A stretch of DNA of 64,000 bases, from positions 34,040,001-34,104,000 of the forward strand of contig NC_086109.1 in the NCBI RefSeq assembly GCF_963921235.1. Reading direction: 5' to 3'. Every line of letters begins with the position of its first letter. Positions within the stretch are counted from its first letter, which is position 1. This document shows positions 39,001 to 51,725 of the stretch, one piece after another. The notes under the pieces are model-generated. The model was not told the DNA's origin, did not search any database, and worked only from the letters and a program-made list of their open reading frames with translations. A program made the translations under genes and the position numbers. The stretch comes from Mobula hypostoma. Taxonomy: Eukaryota.

Positions 39001-39839
39001 TCTGTTTTAAAATAGGGAGTTTTTATTGGCAAAATATAAATGAGACACACAAGCTATTTTTACCAATGAAAACTTTCAATTTCTTTGTTCTGCATTTTTA
39101 TGTCTTTTGTTAAGTAAATGCACAATTATTTTTCCGTCAAGTTTTCAATAATATATAGCCCTGGGGTGATTAGGTGGAACCTAAGAAGTGATTCTCCCAT
39201 GTGTGGAAGAGCCACAGTAACTTAAAAGAGCAGAAGAGAGAAAATTTGCCTCCATTAACCCAACTAGTAAACAACTTTCAGCATTACATCATTTGTGCTA
39301 AATACTCAATATTGAGGCATTTTGATAAATGCAAGAATTTGAAAATATTTTATAAATTACATTAGTTAAACATGCTATACAGCATCACTTTTGTCACTGT
39401 AAAAATAAATTCTCAATTGTTCAACTCATTGAAACGAAAGTAACAGAGTCCACAAATAGAAGCCAGATGATATTGAGAAGGGGAATCATATGATACTATT
39501 TTAAAGTCTCTGAAAAAAAATGAGCCCTTCTAGTAGTACTTTCTGCCTCAAGGAATCCAAACTAGCATTACTAAAAGGCAGTTGTCCCAATTTTTTTGAC
39601 CCTTGAAATGCAAGTTGTTATCTGAGTAGGTAGGGTTGAAATTCTGAGTAACAACTAATTTTGCCAAATCTCCCTTTCATTTTTAAGTAGGAACTGGGGA
39701 AATTAAGTGTTATCAGTTGAAATTTATAACACTTAACATGCTTTAAATACATATCAAATTAGAATTTGATACCAGCTTACCCAACTCATACAATGGGGAA
39801 ATCTTATCAATCTTAGGATATCTTCCTTACTATATAATA

Positions 39840-41686
39840 ACAAGAATACAAAAGAAGATACTAAAAGCATTTTTAAGTATATAAAGGGTAAAAGAGAGTC
39901 GAGGGTAGATATAGGACCGATACAAAATGATGCTGGAGATATTGTAATGAGAGATGCAGAGATGGCAGAGAAACTGAATTCGCATTTTGCATCAGTCTTC
40001 ACAGTGGAAGGCATCTGCAGTATACCGGACATTCAAGAGTGTCAGGGAAGTGAAGTTTGTGCAGTGAAAATTACGACTGACAAGGTGCTCAGGAAGCTTA
40101 ATGGTCTGAGGGTGGATAAAACTCCTGGACCTGATGGAATGCACCCCTGAGTTCAGAAGGAAGTAGCTGGAGAGAGCGCAGAGGCATTAATGATGATCTT
40201 TCAAGAATCAATAGATTCTGGCATTGTACCAGATGATTGGAAAATTGCAAATGTTACTCCGCTATTTAAGAAGGGTGGAAAGCAGCAGAAAGGAAACTAC
40301 AGACCTGTTATCCTGTCATCAATGGTTGGGAAGTTGTGGAATTGATTGTTAGGGATGAGATTATGGAATTCCTGGAGGCACATGACAAGATAGGCCAAAG
40401 CTAGCATGGTTTCTTGAAAGGAAAATCCTACCTGACAAACCTACTGCAATTCTTTGAGGAAATTACAAGCAGGGTAGACAAAGGAGATGCAGTAGACGTG
40501 GTGTACCTGGATTTTCAGAAGGCCTTTGACAAGGCGCCACACATGAGGCTGCTTAGCAAGGTAAGAGCCCATGGAATTACAGGGAAATTACTAGCCTGGG
40601 TGGAGCACTGGCTGTCAGCACAAAACAGAGGAGTGGGAATAAAGGGACCCTATTCTGGCTGGCTGCCGGTTACCAGTGGAGTTCCACAGGGGTTGGTGTT
40701 GGGACTGCTGCTTTTTACAATGTATGTCATGATTTGGACTACGGTATTAATGGATTTGTGGCTAAATTTGCCGATGATACAAAGATCGGGGGAGGAGCGG
40801 GTAGTGTTGAGGAAACAGAGATCCTACAGACAGACTTAGATAGTTTAGGGGAATGGGCAAAGAAGTGGCAAATGAAATACAATGTTGGAAAGTGCACAGT
40901 CATGCACTTTGGTGGAAGAAATAAACAGGCAGACTATTATTTAGATGGGGAGAGAATTCAAAATGCAGTGATGCAAAGGGACTTGGGAGTCCCTGTGTCA
41001 GATGCCCTAAAGGTTAACCTCCAGGTTGAGTCGGTTGTGAAGAAGGTGAATGCAATGTTAGTATTCATATAAGAGCAGGGATGTGATGTTGAGGCTCTAT
41101 AAGGCACTTGTGAGACCACACGGAGTATTGTGTGCAGTTTTGGGCTCCTTATTTTAGAAGGGATAAACTGACATTGGAGAGGGTTCAGATAAGATTTACG
41201 AGAATGATTCCAGGAATGAAAGGGTTACCATATGAGGAACGTCTGGCAGCTCTTGGGCTGTATTCCCTGGAGTTCAAGAAAATGAGGGGGGATCTCATAG
41301 AAACATTCCAAATGTTAAAAGGCAGGAACAGATTAGATACGGCAAAGTTATTTACCATGGTAGAGGATTCTAGGACAAGAGGGCACGACTTCAGGATTGA
41401 AGGACGTCCATTTAGAACTGAGATGCAGAGAAATTACTTTAGACAGAGGGTGGTAAATCTGTGAAATTTGTTGCCACGAGCGGCTGTGGAAGCCAAGTCA
41501 CTGGATGTATTTAAGGCAGAGATAGATAGGTTCTTGATTAGCCAGGGCATTAAAGGGTATGGGGTGAAAGCACGGGAGTGGGGATGACTGGAAGAATTGG
41601 ATCAGCCCATGATTGAATGGCGGAACAGACACAATAGCCGACTGGCCTACTTCAGCTCCTATATCTTATGGTCTCATGGTCTTATA
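39840..41686 (+). mobile_element. CR1 LINE ORF2 (RT), 5'-truncated
   Basis: ORFs 39947-40150 (KTPGPDGMHP), 40414-40839 (VDVVYLDFQKAFDK, SGVPQGLVLG), 40734-41072 (KFADDTK) and 41132-41464. (TCTTATGG)n-like tail. Confidence 0.92.
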
Positions 41687-42596
41687 GGAATAGGTTTTAT
41701 GGCCCTTCTACTCCACCATGCATCTGAGTCAATGTGATCACAGCTCCTCTTACTTGATTGTTGCTGACAACATTCAAATCCGAAAATCTGCCTATTTTGG
41801 CCTTCAGATATGCAACGGTTCAGCTTCCTCAGAAAAATAATTCCAAAAGTTCATGGCTGAGTGGAAATTTATTCTTCATCTTGACCTTAAATGGCCAACA
41901 TCTTACTCAACTACCATGTGCTGCAGTTTTAGATTCCACAGTGAGGAGAACTACCTTTACACCTTTTCCATAACCTACTTATGCAATCAGTGTATTTGAC
42001 CACAATACATACGCTCAGTCACTTCAATATAGATTATAAATTGTTAGGTGCCCAGTACTGATTAAGAGTTAAAGGAGTCTTCAACCGTGTTCTCATTTGT
42101 TATTAGTTCTTTTATGTAATTGCAGTTTGTCTTTTGTACATTGGTTGTTTGTCAGTCGTATTTTTTATTCTACTGTGAACACCCAAGTAATGGATTCCAG
42201 CATTTTCCCTGTAAGTATCAGGGTAAATGGCTTATTATTTATCACTTCCACTTTGCTCTTTAATGCAGGGAATGTTACATTTGTTTTTGTCCCCCAATCC
42301 ACTAGGACTTAAGACAATTTTGGAAGATTATGATGAATGCATCATTTCTTTCTATAACCACTTCCTTTAATACCCCAGGATGCAGCTCATCAGGTCTAGA
42401 TCATTTTAAGTTCCGCGCTCTCTTTTGGCTTTAGATTTTCTACTGTTAATGGGAAGCTTTGAGTATCTTTTATTAAGAGGATTAGATACCAGACTTGATG
42501 TGTTTTAATTGTCCTTACACTTGACGTACTTTATTGGTTTAAAAATTGCTTCCGGTTGTTGAGTTCATGAAGGGCGCTTGTAGAAGGAAAAGGGGG

Positions 42597-42690
42597 AGGG
42601 GTCTCGGCCCGAAACGTCGACTATACCTCTTCCTGGAGATGCTGCCTGGCCTGCTGCGTCCACTGGCAAATTTGATGTGTGTTGCTTGTA
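42597..42690 (+). mobile_element. Short Penelope-derived element, truncated inside the hammerhead
   Basis: GGGTCTCGGCCCGAAACGTCGACT...GATGCTGCCTGGCCTGCTGCG...TTTGATGTGTGTTGC; same family as 11027-11132. Confidence 0.8.
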
Positions 42691-43018
42691 TAAACTCAAG
42701 TCCATTTTCCCCTATACCATGCCTATTTGGAAGTAGTGAGTGAACCAATGGTACATACATCTTCAAACAGAGAAAGAAATGGGAGATATAATCCTGCCAC
42801 TCAGCTGTACTACCAATAGGCTCAAAGAGGCGGTGGCTTCCACGACTGGTAAGACATCCACCTTTATCAAGTCTATTCCACCGGCCTTACAGCAAACAGT
42901 TCATCAAATTTCCATAAATATGTATTTACAAAGTCTAATCACTTCTGTGCAGGTCTAATCATTTCTCATCTTTCTATGATTGCACCTGCACATTTTACAC
43001 ATAATTACCATATTGCTA

Positions 43019-44248
43019 AATCAGGATCAGGTTTATCATCGCCGGCATGGGCGTGACACTTGTTAACTTAGCAGCAGCACTTCAATGCAATACATAATAT
43101 GGAAGAAAAAAAATCATAAATAAGTAGATCAATTACAGTACATGTCTATTGAATAGATTAAAAAATCATGCAAAAACAGAAGTGAAGTAGTGTTCACAGG
43201 TTCAATGTCCATTTAGGAATTGGATGGCAGAGGGGGAGAAGCTGTTCCTGAATCGCTGAGTGTGTGCCTTCAGGCTTCTGTACCTGCTATCCGATGGTAA
43301 CAGTGAGAAAAGGGCATGCCCTGGGTGCTGGAGGTCTTTAACGGACGCTGCCTTTCTGAGACACTGCTCCATGAAGATGTCCTGGATACCTTGTAGGCTA
43401 GTACCCAAGATGGAGCCGACTAAATTTACAACCTTCTGCAGCTTCTTTCGGTCCTGTGCAGTAGCCCCTCCATACCAGACTGATGCAGCCTGTCAGAATG
43501 CTCTCCACGGTACAACTATAGAAGTTTTTGACTGTATTTGTTGACATACCAAATCTCATCAAACTCCTATTTAAGTATATTCGCTGTCTTGCCTTCTTTA
43601 TAACTGCATCAATATGTTGGGACCAGGTTAGGTCCTCCGAGATCTTGACATCCAGGAGCTTGAAACTGCTCACTCTCTCCACTTTTGATCCCTCTAAGAG
43701 ATTGGTCTGTGTTCCTTCGTCTTACCCTTCCTGAAGTCCACAATCAGCTCTTTCGTCTTACTGAGGCTGAATGCAAGGTTGTTGCTGCGACACCATTCCA
43801 CCAGTTGGCATATCACGTTACTGTACGTTTTCTCATCTCCATTTGAGCTTCTACCAACAATCATCAGCAAATTTACAGATGGTATTTGAGCTATGTCTAG
43901 CCACACAACCATCGGTATAGAGAGAGTACAGCAGTGGGCCAAGCACACCCCCCTGTGGTGCAACAGTGTTGATCGTCAGCGGGGAAGAAATGTTAACACT
44001 AATCCTCACAGATTGTGGTCTTCTGGTTAGGAAGTCGAGGATCCAAATGCAGAGGGAAGTACAGAGGCCCAGGTTCTGCAAGTTCTCAAGAAGGCTTGTG
44101 GGAATGATGGTTTTAAATGCTGAGCTATAGTTGATGAACAGCATCCTGACATAGATGTTTGTATTGTCCAGGTGGTTTAAGGCCGTGTGAAGAGCATTGA
44201 GATTGCATCGGCCGTTGATCTATTGTGGTGATAGGCAAATTGCAGTGA
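43019..44248 (-). mobile_element. Rex1/Babar-type LINE RT fragment
   Basis: ORFs 43851-44144 ([34 protein letters not shown]), 43694-43963, 43398-43682 and 43202-43408. (CCTGAT)n-like tail. Confidence 0.88.
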
Positions 44249-44386
44249 CTGCAACTGTACAGTTATCTAATTGTATCAACCTTTCATATTTAAGCATAAG
44301 CTCTTGAGTTCTACTTTTGCATAACTAAAAGGATTTCTTGACTTTATGAAAATCTAAATTAAAAGACAGGATAGTTCACTTGTAAA

Positions 44387-44466
44387 GACAAGAAAATCTG
44401 TAGATGCTGAATATCCAAGCAACATACACAAAATGCTGGAGGAACTCTGCATTTTGTGTATGTTGC
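44387..44466. mobile_element. Tiny fold-back Penelope-derived insertion
   Basis: Perfect 18-bp inverted repeat GCAACATACACAAAATGC (44419-44436 and 44449-44466). Imperfect TSD ATAGTTCACTTGTAAA / ATAGTTCATTTGCAGA (44371-44386 and 44467-44482). Confidence 0.7.
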
Positions 44467-45494
44467 ATAGTTCATTTGCAGATTATACCTGTAAACTTGA
44501 TAGTTAAAAAGATATTACTCTATCTTTGAATCGCATGTGGAAAATCTCATTGATCATATTTGTAATACAGGATAATTAAATTAATATTGGAAACAATCCA
44601 AGTACATTTTGCTGGGGAGATCTGAATCTACTAACGCCGATCTGTATATGCTGAAGTTTTGAACTGCTATGTCCACAACATTGATCAAGGAAGCCAGGAA
44701 CTTAGTGAAGGACCACGTGCACTAATGTGTCATAACAAACCACGAGAATGTAAGTGAGAGCAGTGCTCAACTATCTGGCTTTGAGCCTACTTTAATATTT
44801 AACAAGACCATGACTGATTTCTACATCATCTGCATTTTGCACAGGAAATTTTGATTTCATTTTTGAATGAAATCAATAATTAAGCTAGGGATACACTACT
44901 CTGCAGGGGAGAAATTTTTCTTCACCTTAGTCTTTAACAGTCTATCCCTACCTGATATTTGAGTACTCTGGTTCTTGACTCCTTAATAGGAGTTTGCATG
45001 CACCTAGTTGAGCACTGTAAGAATTTTGTAAATCTGAATTAGTCTGTCACAAAACCTTTGTACCTACTCAAACTACCCAATGCAACAAATCCACGATTTC
45101 AGCAAACAGTCCAGGTGAATTTTTGTTGCACTCTTGAGAGCAAATATACTCTTCTAAGTAAACTAAAACTGTACAAAATATTGCTGGGTCTATCTCAAAC
45201 ACCTGAAATATCTGTGTCAGTATCCAATCCTATTACAATAAAGAATACCATATTTTCCCTAATCTGTTGCTGCACCTACACTATTCAATCACTCACTATT
45301 TTAAAAAAATACTGTTTGGTTCTGTAACTTCACACTGTTCTACATTACGTGTCATCTACCAGGATCTCACCCACTCACTCAGCTTTTCTCTATCCCCTTG
45401 ATCCTCTATAAAATTAGCTTCCCATTAACAATTTCATGCAGTAAACATTCAATAGATCATGAGATGCATCAGCCAAATCATCAATATACATTAT

Positions 45495-46065
45495 TTTTAT
45501 TACTTTTTTCACTGTTGTGTAACCTATAGTAATGTCTATGACTTTCACTGTACTGCTGTCACAAAACAACAAATTTCACAATAAATTTCTCGAAAAAAGT
45601 GACGAAATGGACTTTTAACATTGTAAACCAGCAGGTTGTTGTTATGTCTCCCGCTTGCTGTGAAAATGGAGGACATCTCCCTCTCCCTTGCCAGGGTGAG
45701 AGAACCTGGGGTTTGTCGAATTTCGGATGAAATGCGAAGCTTTTGGGGTAACTGTGGTCTGTGTCTTTGCTGTTGCTTAGCACACGCTTGGGCTCGGTGA
45801 TGGTACCGATGCGCGTTTATTTTAGCTGGTGAGGGGGAGGGGGATCGTTACTCGCTGCTGCTTACACGCAGAAGGGGGGACCTGGGGGGGGGACTTTGGG
45901 GTTCTCACGTTTAACTGTCGTTCATTCTTTTGGGTACTTCTGTTTTCGTGGATGTTAGTGAAGAAAAAGCATTTCAGGATATATATTGTATACATTTCTC
46001 TGACATTAAATTTGACCTTTGAATATGCCAGTGATAATAAACATAATTCCAAATCTAATTCTGAA
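45495..46065 (+). mobile_element. Two nested retroelement 3' ends
   Basis: An outer Rex-type 3' UTR (GCTGTCACAAAACAACAAATTTCAC...ATATGCCAGTGATAATAAAC) is split by an inner ~45585-46022 segment ending ATTAAATTTGACCTTTGA. Confidence 0.5.
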
Positions 46066-46184
46066 CAGTTGGAGTTCAAGCAGTGATCCACTATGTCACC
46101 CCACTAGTTGTAGCCTGTCAACCTAAGGCCCATTTATTCCTACTTCTGTTTTTTGTCCATTAATTTATTGTCAATCCACAACAG

Positions 46185-46941
46185 CAGCAGTCCCCAACCA
46201 CCGGGCCACGGACCGGTACCGGGCCGCAAAGCATGTGCTACCGGGCTGTGAGGAAACAATATGAGTCAGCTGCACCTTTCCTCTTTCCCTGTCACGCACT
46301 GTTGAACCTGAACATAGGATTGCCAACTGTCCCGTATTTGCTGGGACATCCCGTATATTGGGCAAAATTGGTTTGACCCATATTTCCCCCGCTAAGGTAG
46401 AGCGTTCCTATGAAACCTTTTGTGCCGAAATGACGTGAAGCGAAGAAGCAATTACCATTAATTTATATGGGAAAAATTTTTGAGCGTTCCCAGACCCACA
46501 AAATTACCTAACAGATCATACCAAATAACACACAAAACCAAAAATAAATAACACTAACATATAGTAAAAGCAGGAATTATATGATAAATACACAGCCTAT
46601 ATAAAGTAGAAATAATGTATGTACAGTATAGTTGGGAAGATGAAGGCAAAACCGATTTGTGGGGGGCAAAAAATCGGCACATACGCGCATGCGCACACAG
46701 GTGCCCCCGCACAAGGCTTCATGGTAATGATAGGACTTTCCTGGGGTAAAGCGTCCCGGGATTTGACTGCTACTTTTGTCCCTTATTTGGGAGTGAGAAA
46801 GTTGGCAACCCTAACTGTAAAAGACACGTTCAGGTGAGTTTAACTCTACTTGAACCCCCCCCCCCCCCCCGGTCGGCCTGTCCGCAAGAATATTGTCAAT
46901 ATCTAACTGGTCCGTGGTGCAAAAAAGGTTGGGGACCCCTG
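46185..46941 (+). mobile_element. Non-autonomous hAT/Charlie element, copy 3 (different internal cargo)
   Basis: TIRs CAGCAGTCCCCAACC and GGTTGGGGACCCCTG. 8-bp TSD CACAACAG (46177-46184 and 46942-46949). Inner TAGG(A/G)TTGCCAAC inverted repeats at ~46315 and ~46801-46813. Confidence 0.9.
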
Positions 46942-47277
46942 CACAACAGTATAACATCCTCAGTTCTTGCTCTAAATCTGAACAACTTTCTCTATGGAAC
47001 CTTAGTAAACCTTACCCCATCACTTCCTTGGGCTCCTTTATCATTTGAACAACTACAAGCATGATTTCTCTTCCATAAAGTATTATTTTTAAGCTATTCT
47101 ACATCCTTCCTTATAGACTTGCTACTTGGAGTACTGTGTGCAGCTCCAGTCACCCCATTACAGGAAGGATTTGGAGGCTTCAGAAAGGGTACTGAAATGG
47201 TTTGCTAGGATGCTGCCTGGGCTAAAGGGCACGAGCTATTAAAAAGGTTTGACAAACTTAACTTGTTCTCCCTAGAG

Positions 47278-47359
47278 CAGGGGTTCCCAACCTGGAAGTC
47301 TATGGATCCCTTGCTTAATGGTATGGGTCCATGGCATAAAAAAAGGTTGGGAACCCCTG
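47278..47359. mobile_element. 82-bp hAT MITE inserted in a CR1 remnant (~47115-47600)
   Basis: Perfect 16-bp TIR CAGGGGTTCCCAACCT. 8-bp TSD CCCTAGAG / CCCCAGAG (47270-47277 and 47360-47367). Confidence 0.88.
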
Positions 47360-47619
47360 CCCCAGAGCTTCAGAGTCTGAAGGGAGTCCTGACTGAGATT
47401 TTTAACAAAGAACATAATTTTTAAGGTTGGAGGGGGTTGTTTAAAGGTGATGATGAGTAATTTTGTATTTTGGTCTTAAGCAGAGTTGCAGGTGCCTGGA
47501 ACAGATGACTAGGGGTGGTGGAGGAAGCAGGGAGTTTCACGGAGTTCAAAGACTTTTAGATAGACATATCACTATGAAGATAATGGAGGGATATGCATAC
47601 ACACAGGAGGAAGATACTG

Positions 47620-47870
47620 GCAGTGTGAAGTTTGCGCTTTCTCCCTGTGACTGCACAGGCTTCCTCCAGGCACTCTGGACTCCTGCCACATCTGAATAAC
47701 AGACAGTTGTCAGGTCAATTGACCAATACAAAATTGTCCCAACTGGGTAGTTGAGAGGTAGAATCAGAGGGAATTTGAGAATGTGGGAAGTGCAAACATG
47801 GGATTAATGCAGTGGTGGAAGTGTGCAATTGCAACAGAGACACTGTGGGCCGAAGGGTCTGCTTCTCTGC
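47620..47870 (+). mobile_element. V-SINE/HE1-like SINE fragment
   Basis: Core resembling GTGTGGAGTTTGCACGTTCTCCCTGTGACTGCGTGGGTTTCCTCCGGGTGCTCCGG, with a CR1-like tail (GGGCCGAAGGGTCTGCTTCTCTG). Confidence 0.6.
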
Positions 47871-48739
47871 CAATATTATTCTACGACTCCACGGCATTCT
47901 ACTACTGCACCACTATCAAAGTTCAAAGTACATTATCAAAGTTTGTGTACATTATACAACCTTGAGATTTGTCTCCTTCCAGGCAGCCACAAAACAAAGA
48001 AACCCCAAAGGAATCCATTAAAAAAGACCGAACACCCAATGCGCAGAGATTAAGACAAAAAATGTGCAAACAATACAAGCAAGCAAACAGCATTGAGAAC
48101 TGAATTTAGACACAAGATACAAAGCCAGGTGTCACTTCAGCTGCAGCAAGCCACAGCCTCAGATCCTCATACAGCGAGTAGACACCACAGGACCACAGAC
48201 AAGAGCCAGTCGCCACAGCCTCAGTTCAGCACAGAGCTGAGTAAACATTGTAGAGCAGCAATCAGAACCAGAAAATCCCTCACCTCGGTACTGACACGCT
48301 GACATTTCCAATCTGGCCTGGTGTTTAGATCATACACACATTGGGTGCTCCTCACTCTCTGACATCTTTGTGGTCTGGACTCCACCCCATGATTCGGCCC
48401 ATACTTGACCTTTCCAATTCGGCCCAGTGCTTAAATCAATCAGACATCTGGACTTCCTTCACTCTTGCCTCCATTTGCCTTAGCTATCCCTCGCATCCAT
48501 TGGCCTCCATATCTCGCCTTCACCTCTTCTCGCCAAGCTTGCTCTTTGCGCGACTCTCCATTGTTTGCGATGATTGTTATTAGTAAGGGTTTTTGATAAG
48601 GTGTTTAGTAGTTCTGTTTTCTAATTTGCTGCCATAAGTAGTCACTGGGCATCACCAGCTCCATTGTAAACTGGAACCATCAGAACCAGAGCCAGGTTAA
48701 ACCTTCAAAGAATCTAAAATCTCTCTTCCAAAGTCTCCA

Positions 48740-51725
48740 AATTGAATTGACTTTATTTCTTACATCCTTCACATACGTAAGTAAAAGTCTTTACATTACG
48801 TCTCCATCTAAATGTGCAATCATAGTAATTTATAATAATTTATAATAAATAGAACAGTCAATGTAACATAGAATAAACTCAAATCAGCGTGAGTTAATCA
48901 GTTTGATGGCCTGGTGGAAGAAGCTGTCCTGGAACCTGTTGGTCCTGGCTTTTATGCTGTGGTACCGTTTCCCAGTGGGTAGCAGCTAGAATAGATTGTG
49001 GTTGGGATGACTCGGGTCCCCAGAGATCCTATGGGCCCTTTTTACACACTTATCTTTGTAAATGTCCTGAATCATGGGAAGTTCACAACTACAGATGCGC
49101 AGGGCTGTCTGAACCACTCTCTGCAGAGTCCTGCGATTAAGGGAGGTACAGTTCCCATACCAGCCAGTGATACAGCCAGTCAGGATGCTCTCAATTGTGC
49201 CCCTGCAGAAAGTTCTTAGGATCTGGGGACCCATAACAAACTTTCTCAACCGTCTGATGTGCAAGAGGCGTTGTTGTGCCTTTTTCACCACACAGCTGGT
49301 GTGTACAGACCACGTGAGGTCCTTGGTAATGTGGATGCTGAGGAAGTTAAAGCTGTTTACCCTCTCAACCCCAGATCTATTACTGTCAATAGGGGTTAGC
49401 CTGTCTTCATTCCTCCTGTAATCCACAACCAGCTCCTTTGTTTTTGCAAAATTAAGGGAAAGGTTGTTTTCTTGACACCACTGTAGGTCACCTCGTTATT
49501 GTTTGAGATAAGGGCAATCAATGTAGTGTCGTTGGACAATAGAGAGCCAGTGGATGTAGTGTACCCGGACTTTCAGAAAGCGTTTGATAAAGTCCCACAC
49601 AGGAGATTAGTGGGCAAAATTAGGGCACATGGTATTGGGGGCAGAGTACTGACATGGATTGAAAATTGGCTGGCTGACAGAAAAAGTAGTGATTAATGGG
49701 TCCCTTTCAGAATGGCAGGCGGTGACCAGTGAGGTACCGCAGGGTTCAGTGCTGGGACCGTAGCTGTTTACAATATATATTAATGATTTAGATGAGGGAA
49801 TCAAAAGTAACATTAGCAAATTTGCCAATGACACAAAGCTGAGAGGCAGTGTGAAATGTGAGGAGGATGTTATGAGAATGCAGGGCGACTTGGACAGGCT
49901 GGGTGAATGGGCAGATGCAGTTTAATGTGGATAAATGTGAGGTTATCCACTTTGGTGGTAAGAACGGGAAGGCAGATTATTATCTAAATGGAGTCAAGTT
50001 AGGAGAAGGGGAAGCACAACGAGATCTAGGTGTTCTTGTACATCAGTCACTGAAAGCAAGCAAGTACAGCAGGCAGTGAAGAAAGCTAATGGCATGCTGG
50101 CCTTCAAAACAAGGGGAATTGAGTATAAGAGCAAAGAGGTCCTTCTGCAGCTGTACAGGGCCCTGGTGAGACCACACCTGGAGTACTGTGTGCAGTTTTG
50201 GTCTCCAAATTTGAGGAAGGACATTCTTGCTATTGAGGGAGTGCAGTGTAGGTTCACAAGGTTAATTCTCGGGTCGGCGGGACTGTCATATGTCGAAAGA
50301 CTGGAGTGACTGGGCTTGTATACTCTGGAATTTAGAAGGCTGAGAGGGGATCTTATTGAAACATATAAGATTTTTAAGGGATTGGACACGCTGCAGGCAG
50401 GAAGCATGTTCCCGCTGATGGGTGAGTCCAGAACCAGAGGCCACAGTTTAAGAATTAGGGGTAGGCCATTTAGAACGGAGTTGAGGAAAAACTTTTTCAC
50501 CCAGAGAGTGGTGGATATATGGAATGCTGTGCCCCAGAAAGCTGTGGAGGCCAAGTCTCTGGATGCTTTCAAGAAAGAGATGGATAGAGCTCTTAAAGAT
50601 AGCGGAATCAAAGGTTATGGGGATAAGGCAGGAACTGGATACTGATAGTGGATGATCAGCCATGATCACAGTGAATGGTGGTGCTGGCTCGAAGGGCCAA
50701 ATGGCCTACTCCTGCACTTATTGTCTATTGTCGGCAAATTTAATTAGCAGATTAGAGCCGTGGGTAGCGACACAATCATGGGTATACAGGGAGTAAAGGA
50801 GGGGACTTAGTACATAGTCCTGAGGGGCTCCTGTGTTGAGATTCAAGAGGGGTGGAGGTGAGGGAGTCCACTCTTACCACCTGCCAGCGATCTGACAGGA
50901 AGTCCAGGATCCAGCTGCACAAGGCAGGGACAAGGCCAAGATCTCAGAGCTTCTTGTCGAGCTTGGACGGAATTATGGTGTTGAATGCTGAACTGTAGTC
51001 CAAGAACAGCATTCTCACATAAGCATCCTTCTTCTCCAGATGTGTAAGAATGGCATGTAGAGCAGTAGCTGTTGCATCGTCTGTTGATTGGTTATGCTAG
51101 TAGGCAAATTGTAGGGGGTCCAGTTTGGGTGGTAGCAAGCTGCAGATGTAATCCTCGACCAGCCTCTTAAAGCATTTGCTTATTAATGAGGTGAATGTGA
51201 CAGGATGCCAGTCATTAAGGCATGTTATCTTGGTCTTTTGGTACAGGGACAATGGTGGATAATTTGAAGCAGGAGGATATTCTACACTGGGAGAGGGAGA
51301 GATTTAAAATGTCTGTAAACACACCTGCCAGATGTGCTGCGCACATCCTGAGTACTTGTCCTGGGATGCCGTCCAGTCCCGCTGCCTTGCGACTGTTCAC
51401 TCATTGGAAAGATCTGCGTATCTCAGCCTCAGAGTTGACCAGGTTGCAGGTTGTAGCAGTGGCTTTCCTCGGAGGCTCAGAGTTGGCGACATCAAACCGA
51501 GCATAAAAGCGATTGAGCTCATCTGGGAGAAAGGCCGCGATGTTGGCGACACCACAACGTTTGGCTTTGAAGTCTGCGATGGTATGCCGTCCTTGCCACA
51601 AGTCACGTGTGCTATTTGTTGTGAATCTTTGATTCAATCTTGTCCCTGTATTGTTGTTTCGCAGCCTTGATAGCTTTGCACAGATCATAGCTGATTTTCT
51701 TGAACTCTAGCTGATAGCCGGCAAT
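48740..51725 (-). mobile_element. Rex1/Babar-type LINE interrupted by a CR1
   Basis: ORFs 51401-51688 (LPDELNRFYARFD), 51215-51400 (KAAGLDGIPG) and 48986-49426 (FCRGTIESILTGCITGWYGNC). The KFADDTT motif is split at 49532/50732. Confidence 0.88.
49533..50731 (+). mobile_element. CR1 LINE 3' part nested in the Rex-type LINE
   Basis: ORFs 49499-49696 (VDVVYPDFQKAFDKVPH), 50076-50309 ([19 protein letters not shown]) and 50316-50645. (CTATTGT)n tail. Confidence 0.9.

Noticed and set aside
49994..50611. 205-aa minus-strand ORF
   Set aside because: Antisense shadow of CR1 ORF2.
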